Positions 49,817 to 58,631 of a stretch of DNA of 64,000 nucleotides are shown here, one piece after another. Position numbers and translations under genes: made by a program. Source of the stretch: Oscillospiraceae bacterium (GTDB taxonomy: Bacteria; Bacillota; Clostridia; Oscillospirales; Ruminococcaceae); contig JAFUHM010000054.1 of assembly GCA_017468865.1 (NCBI GenBank), forward strand, positions 3,252 to 67,251, in the 5' to 3' direction. Under the pieces are notes generated by a model. The model was not told the origin of the DNA. It saw nothing but the letters and a program-made list of their open reading frames with translations, and searched no databases. The stretch's first letter is position 1. Each line of letters opens with the position of its first letter.

Positions 49817-50842
49817 ATGGATATCACAAAATTCAAGGAACTGACGGCTCGCCTTGCCGATGCAAAAGGCGTATCGGGTTCGGAAGACGGCATCGCACAT
49901 ATGTGTGCGGAGCTGATGAGCAGATATACCGATCGGGTGGAGATCGTGAACGGGAATGTCTATGCTCATTTCGGTGAGCGCAGAGACAAGCCTCATGTGC
50001 TGCTCGATGCGCATCTTGACAAGGTAGGCCTTATATGCACGGATGTGCGTGACGACGGATTTATCTCGGCGGATATGGTGGGCGGCATCGACCTGCGCTC
50101 CATGCCTGCACAGCCCGTCATAATACACGGCAGGGAGGATATCTGCGGCGTAATCTGTACGCTGCCGCCCCATCTGAAAACATCCGATGAGGTCATGACA
50201 AAAGATCAGCTTTACATAGATACGGGGCTTTCTCCCGAGTCTGCAAAGGCACTCATTTCCCGCGGGGATCCCATTTCCTATGAGGCGGAGTGCAGGGAAC
50301 TCATAGGGGACAGGCTCTGCGGTGCGGCTCTTGATGACAGATGCGGCATATCCACCGTGATACAGGCGATAGACGAGCTGCATTATACCGACGATATGCC
50401 TTATACGCTGACGGTGATGTTCTCCACGCAGGAGGAGATCGGCGAAAGGGGTGCCTGCATAGGTGCCTTTACCGTGGATCCCGATATCTGCATCGAGGTG
50501 GATGTCAGCTTTGCCCTTGCGCAGGGCGAGGACAGGAAGAAATGCGGAACGCTCGGGGGAGGGTGCATGATAGGTGTTTCCCCCACCCTGGACAAGGCTC
50601 TTTCCGACGGCTTCATCGCCTTTGCAAAGGAGAATGATATCCCCTTTGATATAGAGGTGATGAGCGGTACCACCGGCACCAATGCTGACAGGTTCACCGT
50701 CAGCAGGGGCGGTGCGAGAGCGGTCACGCTTTCCGTCCCTCTCAGGAATATGCACCTTCCCTGTGAGGTCATAGATGCCAATGACTGTATGACCACAGCC
50801 AAGCTAATAACAGCGTTTTTAAGGGGTGATGTGAAATGCTGA
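49817..50842 (+). CDS. M42 family aminopeptidase
   Basis: AHLD, LDDR, QEEIG, EVDV, RNMH metal ligands. Confidence 0.92.
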   Translation: MDITKFKELTARLADAKGVSGSEDGIAHMCAELMSRYTDRVEIVNGNVYAHFGERRDKPHVLLDAHLDKVGLICTDVRDDGFISADMVGGIDLRSMPAQPVIIHGREDICGVICTLPPHLKTSDEVMTKDQLYIDTGLSPESAKALISRGDPISYEAECRELIGDRLCGAALDDRCGISTVIQAIDELHYTDDMPYTLTVMFSTQEEIGERGACIGAFTVDPDICIEVDVSFALAQGEDRKKCGTLGGGCMIGVSPTLDKALSDGFIAFAKENDIPFDIEVMSGTTGTNADRFTVSRGGARAVTLSVPLRNMHLPCEVIDANDCMTTAKLITAFLRGDVKC

Positions 50843-52104
50843 TGTCATCTGAAACAAAAACACTGTTTATGGAGATACTTCATGACCTGTGCGAGATAAA
50901 CGGCACATCGGGACGTGAGGAAAAAGTCCGTGAGTATATCCTTGACAGGATAGGGGACAAAGCCAGCTGTACGGTAAATCCGCTGGGATGTGTCATTGCG
51001 GAGTATAAGGCAAAGCCCGCGGACAGGAAGCTTATGATCTCCGCCCATATGGACGAGGTAGGCTTTATCATCACATATATAAACGACGACGGCACACTTT
51101 CCTTCGACTGCGTAGGCGGAGTTTCGCCGGATGCCTGTGCAGGACGACAGGTCACGGTGGACGGAAATCCTTCCGTAAGGGATACGGATAAGTGCTGCCC
51201 CGTGGGCACGTCCGATAAGGCACTCGATGTTGAGAGTGACCGTGCCGCAGATAGATATGTCAGCAGTAATGTATCAACGAAATCGCTCCGCCCCGTGGGC
51301 AATGACGAAAAGGCTCAAAACGGTGAGAGTGACCGTGCCGCAGATAGATATGTCAGCAGTAATGTATCAGCGAAACCGCTCCGCCCCGTGGGCGGCGGGA
51401 TAGGGACGAGGCCGATACATAACCTGAGCGCAGATGAGAGGAAGACTCCCGTCAGGTTCAGGGATCTGTATATAGATATAGGGGCTAAGGACAGAGAGGA
51501 AGCCGAAAGGTATGTGTCCATAGGGGACAGTGCCTATTTCCTCACGGGATGGAACGTGTCAAGGGACGGATATATCCGCTCCAAGGCGATAGATGACCGA
51601 ATAGGTTGTGCCGTTATGCTCACGATGATCATAATGGGGCTTCCCGAATATGACACAACATTCACCTTTGTCACCCAGGAGGAAGTGGGGCTGCGAGGTT
51701 CCCGAACAGCCGCATTTACGGTGCAGCCCGATATGGCGATAGTAATTGAAGCTACGACGGCGGCGGATATCCCCCTTTCGGAAGGGGCGCAGAGATGCTG
51801 TGAACTCGGAAAGGGTGCGGTAGTGTCCTACATGGACAGATCCACGCTGTATGACAGGCAGATGTACGATCTCTCCCGCCGGATAGCCGCTGAAAAGGGC
51901 ATAGGCTGGCAGACAAAGACCGTCGTTGCAGGCGGAAATGACAGCGGAGCGATACATATTTCGGGCAAGGGTGTCCGCACTATGGCGATATCGGTGCCCT
52001 GCCGCTATCTGCACACTCCCTCCTCGGTGGCATACGGGAAGGATATGTTTGACGTATTTGATCTGGTATGTGAAATGGAGCGTGCGCTGCGTGAAGAGAT
52101 CTGA
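50836..52104 (+). CDS. M42 family aminopeptidase with an in-frame insertion of about 75 aa
   Basis: AHMDEVG, KAIDDRIG, QEEVGLRG, GGNDSG, RYLHTP. Confidence 0.92.
   Translation: MLMSSETKTLFMEILHDLCEINGTSGREEKVREYILDRIGDKASCTVNPLGCVIAEYKAKPADRKLMISAHMDEVGFIITYINDDGTLSFDCVGGVSPDACAGRQVTVDGNPSVRDTDKCCPVGTSDKALDVESDRAADRYVSSNVSTKSLRPVGNDEKAQNGESDRAADRYVSSNVSAKPLRPVGGGIGTRPIHNLSADERKTPVRFRDLYIDIGAKDREEAERYVSIGDSAYFLTGWNVSRDGYIRSKAIDDRIGCAVMLTMIIMGLPEYDTTFTFVTQEEVGLRGSRTAAFTVQPDMAIVIEATTAADIPLSEGAQRCCELGKGAVVSYMDRSTLYDRQMYDLSRRIAAEKGIGWQTKTVVAGGNDSGAIHISGKGVRTMAISVPCRYLHTPSSVAYGKDMFDVFDLVCEMERALREEI
51197..51393 (+). repeat. 93-bp-period tandem repeat inside the M42 gene
   Basis: GCCCCGTGGGC at 51197, 51290, 51383; two 70-bp blocks with 2 mismatches, each preceded by a divergent 23-bp segment. 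Confidence 0.92.
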
Positions 52105-52780
52105 AAAGATCGCAAGACATATCCCCGATATCAGACCACAAAGCTACCATTCAGCCAAGATACGAGCCTATGCTGCGGCATACGGACATCGCTACCCTAA
52201 TGTGGCGTGCAGTATATACAGCGGATGCGGCATCTGCGCACTTATCTACAATTCGGATATGGTCATCTGCGGCAGACCTCATGATGAGGAAACGTTTCGC
52301 AGCTTTGCCGATACATTCGGCGAAGGCAAGACCATAGAGAGCGGCACTCTCCTTCCACTTGACGGATGGACTCGCACGGATACGTCCCATATGAGAGGGC
52401 GTGTGACGGGCGATGACGACGGGGTGCGGCCTGCGGACATATACCGTATGTCCGCATATATAGAGACTGTTTTCGGAGTGCCCCGTGATATGTGGTATAC
52501 GGATATGTCCCACAGAGTACGGCACAGGATATCCCGTGTGTACGAATGCGGCGGCTCCTATGCGGCAGTGGACTTTCAGAGCTTCGGGACGGCATATGTA
52601 TCGGCGGTGATGTCGCCGGGAGAGAGCGGCGGCAGGGGGAATATACGGCGCATCCTTTCACGGATATCCCGAAACTACATAATTGATCTGAGGTGCGGCA
52701 GTGAGCTTGTCGGCCTCTATGAACATCTTGGACTCAGACGGAGCGGTACACATTTTATGTATCATGACCGCAAGCTGTGA
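52091..52780 (+). CDS. Hypothetical protein, possibly GNAT-like C-terminus
   Basis: Long ORF filling the gap; SAVMSPGESGGRGN..LVGLYEHLG weakly GNAT-like; start uncertain. Confidence 0.5.
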   Translation: MKRSEKIARHIPDIRPQSYHSAKIRAYAAAYGHRYPNVACSIYSGCGICALIYNSDMVICGRPHDEETFRSFADTFGEGKTIESGTLLPLDGWTRTDTSHMRGRVTGDDDGVRPADIYRMSAYIETVFGVPRDMWYTDMSHRVRHRISRVYECGGSYAAVDFQSFGTAYVSAVMSPGESGGRGNIRRILSRISRNYIIDLRCGSELVGLYEHLGLRRSGTHFMYHDRKL

Positions 52781-52891
52781 GCCTGCGGATCAAAGCCTGC
52801 CGGGAGCAGGCTTTGAATACGGATCATCCCGTGACCGCTGACGGTATGGGATGAAATACAACGATCGTGTGATCTTGGGCGGAGGTAAGAT

Positions 52892-54631
52892 ATGAAACTT
52901 ATGCTTGGAAATCAGGCCGTTGCAAGAGGTCTGTATGAGGCGGGAGTGGACGTGGTATCTTCATACCCGGGCACTCCCTCTACGGAGATAACGGAATTTG
53001 CATCTAAGTATGACGAGATGCATTCGGAATGGGCACCCAATGAAAAGGTAGCCTGTGAGGTGGCAGTCGGCGCATCCATCGGCGGAGCAAGATCATTCTG
53101 CGGAATGAAGCACGTCGGACTGAACGTGGCTGCGGATCCCCTGTTCACGGCATCATACACAGGGGTGAACGGCGGTTTTGTCCTTGCGGTGGCAGACGAC
53201 CCGGGGATGCACTCATCCCAGAACGAACAGGACAGCCGCCATTATGCCATAGCATCAAAGGTGGCTATGGTGGAGCCTTCCGATTCGGGGGAATGTAAGG
53301 ACTTTACCAAAATGGCGTATGAGCTGTCGGAGAAGTTCGATACTCCCGTCATACTCCGCCTTTCTACCCGTGTGGCACATTCCCAGTCACCCGTTGATGA
53401 GTGCGAGAGAGTTCCTCACGACACGGGCAAGTATGAAAAGCATCCCGAGAAGTATGTAATGATGCCCGCCTATGCAAGGCCTAAGCATATCGTCGTTGAA
53501 GAGCGCATCAGCAAGCTGAAGGCATATGCGGAGGAATGTCCCTTCAACCGCATAGAGTGGAACTCCGATGAGATAGGAGTCATCACATCGGGCATATCCT
53601 ATCAGTATGCGAAAGAGGCTCTGGGGGACAAGGCATCCTATCTGAAGATAGGCCTTATAAATCCTCTTCCCGAGAAGATGATACTTGACTTTGCAGCAAA
53701 GGTGAAAAAGCTGTATGTCATCGAGGAACTTGACGATGTGATAGAGACACACTGCCGCAAGCTGGGGCTTTCACCCACAGGCAAGGAACTCTTCACCTTT
53801 ATAGGCGAGTATTCGCAGAGCTATATCAGGGAGAAGATATTCGGCGAGAAGGATGAGTTTGCCATATATCCCGAAAGCGTCCCCGTGCGTCCTCCCGTAA
53901 TGTGTGCGGGATGTCCCCACAGAGGCCTGTTCTTCATCCTCAAGAAGCTGGGCGTAATGGTAAGCGGCGACATCGGATGCTATACTCTGGGTGCGGCAGC
54001 TCCCCTGAGCGCAATAGATACCACCGTCTGCATGGGTGCGTCGGTCAGCGGTCTCCACGGCTTCAACCTTGCACGCAAGGGCGAATACGAGCATAAGGCA
54101 GTGGCGGTCATCGGCGACTCCACCTTCATCCATTCGGGCATAACAGGTCTTATCAATATCGCATACAATGCCACGAACTCCACCGTTATCGTGCTGGATA
54201 ACTCCATCACAGGCATGACGGGGCATCAGAACAATCCTGCCAACGGCTACAACATCAAGGGTGAGCCTGCATCGGCAGTCAGCATCGAGGCAGTCTGCAA
54301 GGCAGTCGGCATAGACCGTGTGCGTGTGGTGGATCCCAACGATCTGGCGGAGACTGAAAAGGTCATCAGAGAGGAACTGGCAGCGGATGCCCCCTCTGTT
54401 ATCATAACACGCCGTCCCTGTGCACTCCTCAAATCCGTCAAGCACAAGCCTCCCGTCTTCGTTGACCCTGATAAGTGCCGCTCATGCAAGGCGTGCATGA
54501 GGATAGGATGTCCTGCTATCTCTATGTCCACAGGCAAGGCGAAGATAGATGACACCCTCTGCGTAGGCTGCGGCCTTTGTGAGCAGATGTGCAAGTTTGA
54601 TGCGATACTCGATACCGCACCGCAGGCGTAA
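52892..54631 (+). CDS. iorA: Indolepyruvate:ferredoxin oxidoreductase alpha
   Basis: SYPGTPSTE, NEKVA, MKHVGLNVAAD, MCAGCPHR, GDSTFIHSG, two C-terminal 4Fe-4S motifs. Confidence 0.96.
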   Translation: MKLMLGNQAVARGLYEAGVDVVSSYPGTPSTEITEFASKYDEMHSEWAPNEKVACEVAVGASIGGARSFCGMKHVGLNVAADPLFTASYTGVNGGFVLAVADDPGMHSSQNEQDSRHYAIASKVAMVEPSDSGECKDFTKMAYELSEKFDTPVILRLSTRVAHSQSPVDECERVPHDTGKYEKHPEKYVMMPAYARPKHIVVEERISKLKAYAEECPFNRIEWNSDEIGVITSGISYQYAKEALGDKASYLKIGLINPLPEKMILDFAAKVKKLYVIEELDDVIETHCRKLGLSPTGKELFTFIGEYSQSYIREKIFGEKDEFAIYPESVPVRPPVMCAGCPHRGLFFILKKLGVMVSGDIGCYTLGAAAPLSAIDTTVCMGASVSGLHGFNLARKGEYEHKAVAVIGDSTFIHSGITGLINIAYNATNSTVIVLDNSITGMTGHQNNPANGYNIKGEPASAVSIEAVCKAVGIDRVRVVDPNDLAETEKVIREELAADAPSVIITRRPCALLKSVKHKPPVFVDPDKCRSCKACMRIGCPAISMSTGKAKIDDTLCVGCGLCEQMCKFDAILDTAPQA

Positions 54632-54644
54632 AGGAGGCAAAGTC

Positions 54645-55220
54645 ATGACTAAGTCTATCATGATAGTAGGTGTCGGCGGTCAGGGAACTCTTCTGGCGAG
54701 CCGCATACTGGGAAGTGTCCTGCTCGGACAGGGCTACGATGTCAAGGTGAGCGAGGTACACGGAATGAGCCAGAGAGGCGGTTCCGTGGTGACCTATGTC
54801 AGATTCGGGGATAAGGTGGCATCTCCCGTGATCGAAAAGGGACAGGCAGATCTTATAATAGCATTTGAGGCTCTTGAAGCCGCAAGGTGGGTATCCTTCC
54901 TTAAAAAGGGCGGCAGGATAGTCATGAATACGCAGGAGATAGAGCCTATGCCCGTCATCACAGGTGCCGCACAGTATCCCGAGGGGATAGTGGAGCATAT
55001 CAGGGGGCTCGGCATAGACGTGGTTGCCATAGATGCTCTTGATCTTGCAGTCAAGGCAGGCACCGCAAGGGCTGTGAACGTGGTACTGATGGGCGTTATC
55101 TCACATTCTCTCGATTTCGGCGAGGATGTATGGATGAAGGCTCTCGAGGACTGCGTCCCCAAGAAAGTGATAGATGTGAACAAAAAAGCGTTCGCACTGG
55201 GAAGGGCTGTAAATGAGTAA
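54645..55220 (+). CDS. iorB: Indolepyruvate:ferredoxin oxidoreductase beta
   Basis: GVGGQGTLLAS, EVHGMSQRGGSV, NVVLMG. Confidence 0.96.
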   Translation: MTKSIMIVGVGGQGTLLASRILGSVLLGQGYDVKVSEVHGMSQRGGSVVTYVRFGDKVASPVIEKGQADLIIAFEALEAARWVSFLKKGGRIVMNTQEIEPMPVITGAAQYPEGIVEHIRGLGIDVVAIDALDLAVKAGTARAVNVVLMGVISHSLDFGEDVWMKALEDCVPKKVIDVNKKAFALGRAVNE

Positions 55221-55635
55221 GACAAAGGCTGCGGGGAAGGCAGCGGCTCTGCTTTCCGCACTGCTGCTGGCTGTGACTCTTGTGTTCACCTCATACATTG
55301 GAGGTCAGCAAAGGGCGATAGACCGCTATGTTTCGAGCCTTGCCACGGGAAACCTTGACGACTACATCTCCGTGACCGGCGATGAGAGCTTTACCGACAA
55401 GGACAGTTTCAAGGCAGGGATGCGAGAAAGGCTCAACGAGAACGGGGACTTCCCCGATCTTGAGGAGAACAGTGTGATAGGAGCGACTGCCCGCATACAG
55501 GCACACGATATGGTAAGCTATGACCGATGGGTATGCAGGACGAAGGTCAGCTTTTACAGCGGAGCCATGAGCCGCACCATCGACACACAGTATACCGTTG
55601 TTTTCCGCGGCGGCAGATGGATGATAGAGCAGTGA
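55213..55635 (+). CDS. Hypothetical secreted/membrane-anchored protein
   Basis: N-terminal hydrophobic helix; overlaps iorB stop. Confidence 0.7.
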   Translation: MSKTKAAGKAAALLSALLLAVTLVFTSYIGGQQRAIDRYVSSLATGNLDDYISVTGDESFTDKDSFKAGMRERLNENGDFPDLEENSVIGATARIQAHDMVSYDRWVCRTKVSFYSGAMSRTIDTQYTVVFRGGRWMIEQ

Positions 55636-55665
55636 CCATCCCGTCGCATCGGTCAGAGAATGATA

Positions 55666-55699
55666 AATGCCCGTTCGTCAGGAACGGGCATTGTTTCTT
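55666..55699. terminator. Terminator between convergent genes
   Basis: AATGCCCGTTC/GAACGGGCATT stem. Confidence 0.75.
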
Positions 55700-55721
55700 C
55701 AGCCGTATGGGTCATTTGTCA

Positions 55722-56033
55722 TTATCTGGAAATGATATTGAATTTTTCGGGAACAGTGTTGTCAGCAATCAGTATCCCCATCATCCGCCTTGCAGTTCCG
55801 GCAGGAGTATTTGTTCCTTTTTCCCATGCCTCAACAGTTTTGTTGGACACTCCCATAACAGCGGCAAAAGTGCTTTGAGTCATATTGAGAGAGTGACGAA
55901 GCTCCTTTACTTCATCTGCTGATACTTCAGGCGGGGGAGTGATGGTGACATGAGCGGAACGGGCAGTCTTTTCGCCGTGCTCATGAGCAACAGCTTCCTC
56001 AAGCCCCTGCATAATGCTTTCATATACGTTCAT
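55722..56033 (-). CDS. HigA-like XRE-HTH antitoxin
   Basis: MNVYESIMQGLEEA..VKELRHSLNMTQSTFAAVMGVSNKTVEAWEKG. Confidence 0.88.
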   Translation of the reverse strand: MNVYESIMQGLEEAVAHEHGEKTARSAHVTITPPPEVSADEVKELRHSLNMTQSTFAAVMGVSNKTVEAWEKGTNTPAGTARRMMGILIADNTVPEKFNIISR

Positions 56034-56037
56034 AGTA

Positions 56038-56376
56038 TCACCCTTTCAATGATCTTTCGAGTTGTTCTATCATTTTAGCGATCGCATTTCTTTCGTCTTT
56101 ATTCAGGTTTTCCTTTTCATTCTTTGGGTAGGCGGTAATAAGGTATATCTTCTCATATACGGCAAAATCGACATAACATACACGTCCGCTGCCGCTCTTG
56201 CCTCTCCCTTCAAAGGCTATGCGCATCTTGCGCAGACCGCCTGTTCCTCTCATCAGGTCGCCTTTTGTCGGATCAAGGATCAGTTCTTCCTGAAGGGCTT
56301 TTAAATCATCGTCAGTCAGACCCATTGCTTTCCAATTCTTGTCAAATTCATGGGTAATAATGAAGGTTCGGGTCAC
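56038..56376 (-). CDS. RelE/ParE-family (HigB-like) toxin
   Basis: PTKGDLMRGTGGLRKMR..GKSGSGRVCY..IYLITAYPKNEKENL; toxin upstream of HTH antitoxin. Confidence 0.88.
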   Translation of the reverse strand: MTRTFIITHEFDKNWKAMGLTDDDLKALQEELILDPTKGDLMRGTGGLRKMRIAFEGRGKSGSGRVCYVDFAVYEKIYLITAYPKNEKENLNKDERNAIAKMIEQLERSLKG

Positions 56377-56396
56377 GGTGTTCCCTCCTTTACTAT

Positions 56397-56425
56397 ATTA
56401 TACCCTATCTGATAGGGTTTGTCAA
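56397..56425 (-). promoter_or_regulatory. Consensus SigA promoter with palindromic operator in the spacer
   Basis: TTGACA-17bp-TATAAT on minus; ACCCTATC-T-GATAGGGT at 56402-56418. Confidence 0.88.
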
Positions 56426-56557
56426 GAGGGAATTACATGAATATATCTGTTTTTCGGTAACACTGCGATGGGGTATCCGTGAGGAGGTCAAAAAACATGG
56501 AGCGCAGTTGTGACCGCAGGCTGCCTGCCCTCAGTATCTGCTCAAAGCAAGAGGTGA

Positions 56558-56592
56558 AAAGAACGGACAATGCACTGCACTGTCCGTTCTTT
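56558..56592 (-). terminator. Terminator after the GH5 gene
   Basis: AAAGAACGGACA/TGTCCGTTCTTT stem. Confidence 0.75.
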
Positions 56593-56612
56593 ATCAGTCA
56601 TTATTCGTAAAC

Positions 56613-58484
56613 TTACACGATAAGCTCAAATGTGATCTCTATCGTCTTTATGGTGCGTTTGTCGCTGACCTGAAGGGGAGTGGCTGTAATGCCCTCGGAT
56701 GAGCCGTCCGCTGTGCGTGCGGTGTCGGGCACCTTGCTCACCCACTGGTTGAACAGGTTCACACGGGTGCATTTTGAATCGTCGGATGAGGTGTAGGGCT
56801 TGCCCTCAAGCTGGACGTCCTCGCCGTTTATCTTTACCGACTTGATATCTATCACCGCATTGGGGTAAAGCTGTTCGCAGTTGGAGATACCGATAGCGGA
56901 GAATGCGATGCCCTTGGGCTTTCCTGCCTCAGTGAAATCAAGTCCTATGGTGTATTCGCCGGGACCCGTGATAAGTGCGTTGGTCGCCTTTGTGCCCTCA
57001 GCCTTGCTGGAGGGGTCGTACTTGTCGCCCACGCTGTATGCCACAGAGTAATCCGCCGACTGATACATGATCCATGCAACAGCCGTGTCATCGGAATAGG
57101 GTATGTCGTTGGGATCGGCAGCCTTTTCGGCAGCAGAAGCAAGACCGTCTTCCATCACCTTGCGTGCCTGTGCCTCTATCTCCTCATCGGTCATGTCTTT
57201 CCTTGCGGCATTGGAGTGGGAGAGGAAGAATTCCTTCACGTCAGGGTCGGTGATCTCATATTTGCGCTTGTTGTAGAGGTCGTTGCAGTCCCACAGAACG
57301 GGTACATAGTTGTACAGGTCACAGTTGGCGATGAAATTGTCGAACCACTTGTCCCAGTCCTCACGGGGGCTGCTGCCGCCGGTGGAAAGCACGCCGTATT
57401 CGCCGATGATGACACCGTAGCCTTCATTGGTGAATTTGGTCATCATTTCCAGGAGCTCGTTCATTTCCTCGTACTGTCTGACATTTCCCCAGTGGGTAAC
57501 GCTTCCGAACAGGCAGAAGTCCGAGGGAGTGTAGTAATGTACGGAAACGAGCAGCTTGTTTTTGGCTGTGTCCGTGGGCATATGATATGCACTGTTGCAG
57601 GTGCGCTGTATGTCCGTATTGTAGCCTGCGATCAGCAGGAAACGGTTGGCATTGTTGCCGCCCTGCGCCCTTATGGTGTCAACGAAGGTCTGGTTTATCT
57701 CATTTGTGACAGCGTAGCACTCTGCCCCCGACAGGCTTCCCGAATCCTTTGCTACATCCTTGTCGTTGAGGCGGTCGCCCAGTTCCTCATTGGCACTCTC
57801 AAAGATGAGGTAGTCCGAGTAATCCTTGAATCTCTCGCCTATCTGCTGCCACATGGAGATGTACATCTCCATCGCCTTGTCACGGGTCTCCTGTGTCGCC
57901 GAACCGAACATACCCCACCAGGAGCCGTCCCAGTGATCGTTGATTATCACATACATATCCGCATTGATGCAGTAGTTGACCACTTCCTCTATGCGGTCCA
58001 TGAATGCGGGATTGATGGTGTAGTCTCCGCTTTCGTAATTCATGGCATTGGTCCATGCCACAGGCACACGCACTGTATCAAAGCCTGCGTCCTTCATTCC
58101 GCTTATGATCTCCTGGGTGGTGGCAGGCTGACCCCAGAGCCCCTCAAATACGGTAGGCTCCGTATCCCACGGATGGCTCGTGTGACCATATGCTTCGTGG
58201 GTGTTGCCAAGGTCTATGCCGTTGCCCAGCACCTTTGAGAATTCAAGGGCTGTCATGGATGCGGTATCCACAGGCGGCTTTTTCGACTTCCCTGAAAGGA
58301 GGATCTCGGCGGATGATGTTACAGCCTCTGTCTCGGAAACCTCAGTCACCGTTGTGTCAGCTGCTGTTACCTGCTCCGTGACCGTCGTCTGTGATGATGT
58401 ATCTGTCGGTGCAGAGCCGCATCCGGCAACCGTACACATCATGACCACAGCTGCACAGGCAGCAAAAGTTCTGTCTTTAGTCAT
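56613..58484 (-). CDS. Lipoprotein GH5 endoglucanase/xyloglucanase (subfamily 4-like) with unassigned C-terminal domain
   Basis: Lipobox VAGC, Thr linker; GIDLGNT, RVPVAW, IINDHWD, FESANEE, SVHYYTP, IIGEYG, VLWD. Confidence 0.9.
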   Translation of the reverse strand: MTKDRTFAACAAVVMMCTVAGCGSAPTDTSSQTTVTEQVTAADTTVTEVSETEAVTSSAEILLSGKSKKPPVDTASMTALEFSKVLGNGIDLGNTHEAYGHTSHPWDTEPTVFEGLWGQPATTQEIISGMKDAGFDTVRVPVAWTNAMNYESGDYTINPAFMDRIEEVVNYCINADMYVIINDHWDGSWWGMFGSATQETRDKAMEMYISMWQQIGERFKDYSDYLIFESANEELGDRLNDKDVAKDSGSLSGAECYAVTNEINQTFVDTIRAQGGNNANRFLLIAGYNTDIQRTCNSAYHMPTDTAKNKLLVSVHYYTPSDFCLFGSVTHWGNVRQYEEMNELLEMMTKFTNEGYGVIIGEYGVLSTGGSSPREDWDKWFDNFIANCDLYNYVPVLWDCNDLYNKRKYEITDPDVKEFFLSHSNAARKDMTDEEIEAQARKVMEDGLASAAEKAADPNDIPYSDDTAVAWIMYQSADYSVAYSVGDKYDPSSKAEGTKATNALITGPGEYTIGLDFTEAGKPKGIAFSAIGISNCEQLYPNAVIDIKSVKINGEDVQLEGKPYTSSDDSKCTRVNLFNQWVSKVPDTARTADGSSEGITATPLQVSDKRTIKTIEITFELIV

Positions 58485-58501
58485 ACAGGATCATACTCCT
58501 T

Positions 58502-58549
58502 TGTAATCGTTTTCACTATCATTATATAACACACTGCCGCATTTGTCAA
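58502..58549 (-). promoter_or_regulatory. SigA promoter plus cre/LacI-type operator
   Basis: TTGACA-17bp-TATAAT on minus (58549..58521); TGTAATCGTTTTCA at 58502-58515 fits TGWNANCGNTNWCA. Confidence 0.7.
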
Positions 58550-58631
58550 GAGTTTTTTGTGAGCACATTTTGAACAAATGCCGATGTGACATGAGCTTTC
58601 GCAGGATGTCACACCGGCTTCATCAAAAGTA

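Noticed and set aside
51197-51393. Repeat-spacer pattern as a mini-CRISPR
   Set aside because: 70-bp repeat and 23-bp related variable parts, only two units, in frame within a CDS, no cas genes
49817-52104. M42 proteins as endoglucanases
   Set aside because: Known legacy mis-annotation; metal-ligand motifs are those of aminopeptidases
52791-52864. Two hairpins upstream of iorA as an ncRNA
   Set aside because: No recognisable family; compatible with an ordinary terminator or stabiliser
57216-58238. Long antisense ORFs (this 340-aa one, 49811-50755, 39381-40370, 44424-45419 and others)
   Set aside because: Shadows of well-supported genes caused by codon bias; no motifs or RBS
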